Assembly (NCBI GenBank): GCA_043228905.1
Contig: JBHGNT010000070.1
Coordinates: forward strand, 62,498 to 126,497
Origin: Azolla caroliniana
Lineage: Eukaryota; Plantae; Polypodiophyta
Direction of reading: 5' to 3'
DNA length: 64,000 nucleotides
Below are positions 63,417 to 64,000 of this stretch, piece by piece. The notes below the pieces were generated by a model. The model made no database searches and was not told the DNA's origin. It saw only the letters and a list, made by a program, of their open reading frames with translations. Every line of letters starts with the position of its first letter. Within the stretch, counting starts at the first letter, position 1. The position numbers were made by a program, and so were the translations under genes.

Positions 63417-63981
63417 TCAATCATAATATCTACATGACCAGATGTTATTGGAATCATGAATTTCTTCATATTATGACCAGATGGAGTTGTTTATTCAGGC
63501 ATCTTTACAGAATAAAAAACTAAATTGAACTATCCATTCTTGGTTTTCTCTCATTTTCCATGAAGAGGTTTAGTTTTTGAGATCTGACCCTCGCCATTGA
63601 TCAACAAAAGAAAAAATGGAAGAAAAACTGTGTTCTATGTTGGCATCCTAAGACTAAAAATGGCTTCAAATATAATCATGAATTATGAATAATCAGCAAT
63701 TGTATTTGATGCCTGATCATTGGTGTTGCCCTCAGGAAAGGAACAGTTAAGCTTTATTGTTTTTTATGAACAACGAAAATAATGATATTAATATTTTTCC
63801 TGTGTAATACATGCTAACTTTTGTAGATGATGATGGTGAAGGAGCATTATCAAAGGCCATTGCAGCTCACCTTAAACCTGTACTTGTTTCTACTTGGGAA
63901 AAAGTCAAACAAGCTTCCTTCACAGCTGCAGCTGAAGAGCGGCGTCAACGTGCAGAGAACCTGCAGAAAACAATTGACGAG
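55550..63981 (+). CDS. UFL1: E3 UFM1-protein ligase 1 homolog (first 10 coding exons; continues past the window)
   Basis: The N-terminus MDPELLQLQRLFEAAQQAKASTRLSERNVVELVTKLQEL...LLHTVSGKEYLT is diagnostic. Exons approx. 55550-55723, 56845-57156, 57973-58245, 58617-58664, 58758-58823, 58896-58999, 59083-59176, 59248-59304, 61871-62291 (KKKGGKGK patch), 63827-63981. All introns are GT-AG and phase-consistent. Confidence 0.95.
60595..61225. repeat. 314-bp near-perfect tandem duplication spanning the solo-LTR junction
   Basis: TATAATGGCAATCTTTG... starts at 60595 and again at 60909. Confidence 0.95.
60950..61404 (-). mobile_element. Solo LTR in a UFL1 intron
   Basis: TGTTA...TAACA termini flanked by 5-bp TSD GTTCC (60945-60949 and 61405-61409). 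A TATAAATA box lies on the minus strand near 61220. Confidence 0.88.
62883..62977. repeat. 36-bp tandem repeat, about 2.6 copies
   Basis: GTCAAATGAAC(A/G)TTTCCCTACTAATGTACTAGTTAA. Confidence 0.95.
63339..63414. repeat. (TA)n microsatellite
   Basis: Directly visible. Confidence 0.98.
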
Positions 63982-64000
63982 GTCTTAGAAGAATTTTCCT

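Overview
Eukaryotic land-plant genomic DNA with spliceosomal introns, abundant (GA)n/(CATA)n microsatellites and nested retroelements. A fern is my inference from overall style, not something the sequence proves. Three genes look intact: an intronless MED26/TFIIS-N-like gene (17055-17813, -), an 18-exon IDM1-like PHD/TDBD/GNAT gene (34257-45983, -) and a divergently oriented UFL1 gene (55550 to beyond the window end, +). The left part carries an inverted duplication of a GH17 beta-1,3-glucanase gene, each copy broken by a different lesion. The spacer holds a GC-rich fragment of a microbial-type Baeyer-Villiger monooxygenase, a MULE transposase remnant, a deleted Gypsy, an L1 LINE, a Copia and an RTE-X-like LINE. 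The most system-like signal is a LINE family (four copies or fragments) with a conserved 3' GGCCA-hairpin and (TTTC)n tail; two of the three visible 3' ends join a (TC)n microsatellite. One copy forms a LINE-Copia gag-LINE chimera inside a 5.6 kb GC-AG intron. No tRNA, rRNA or CRISPR features were found. Coordinates were read by eye and may be off by a few bases.
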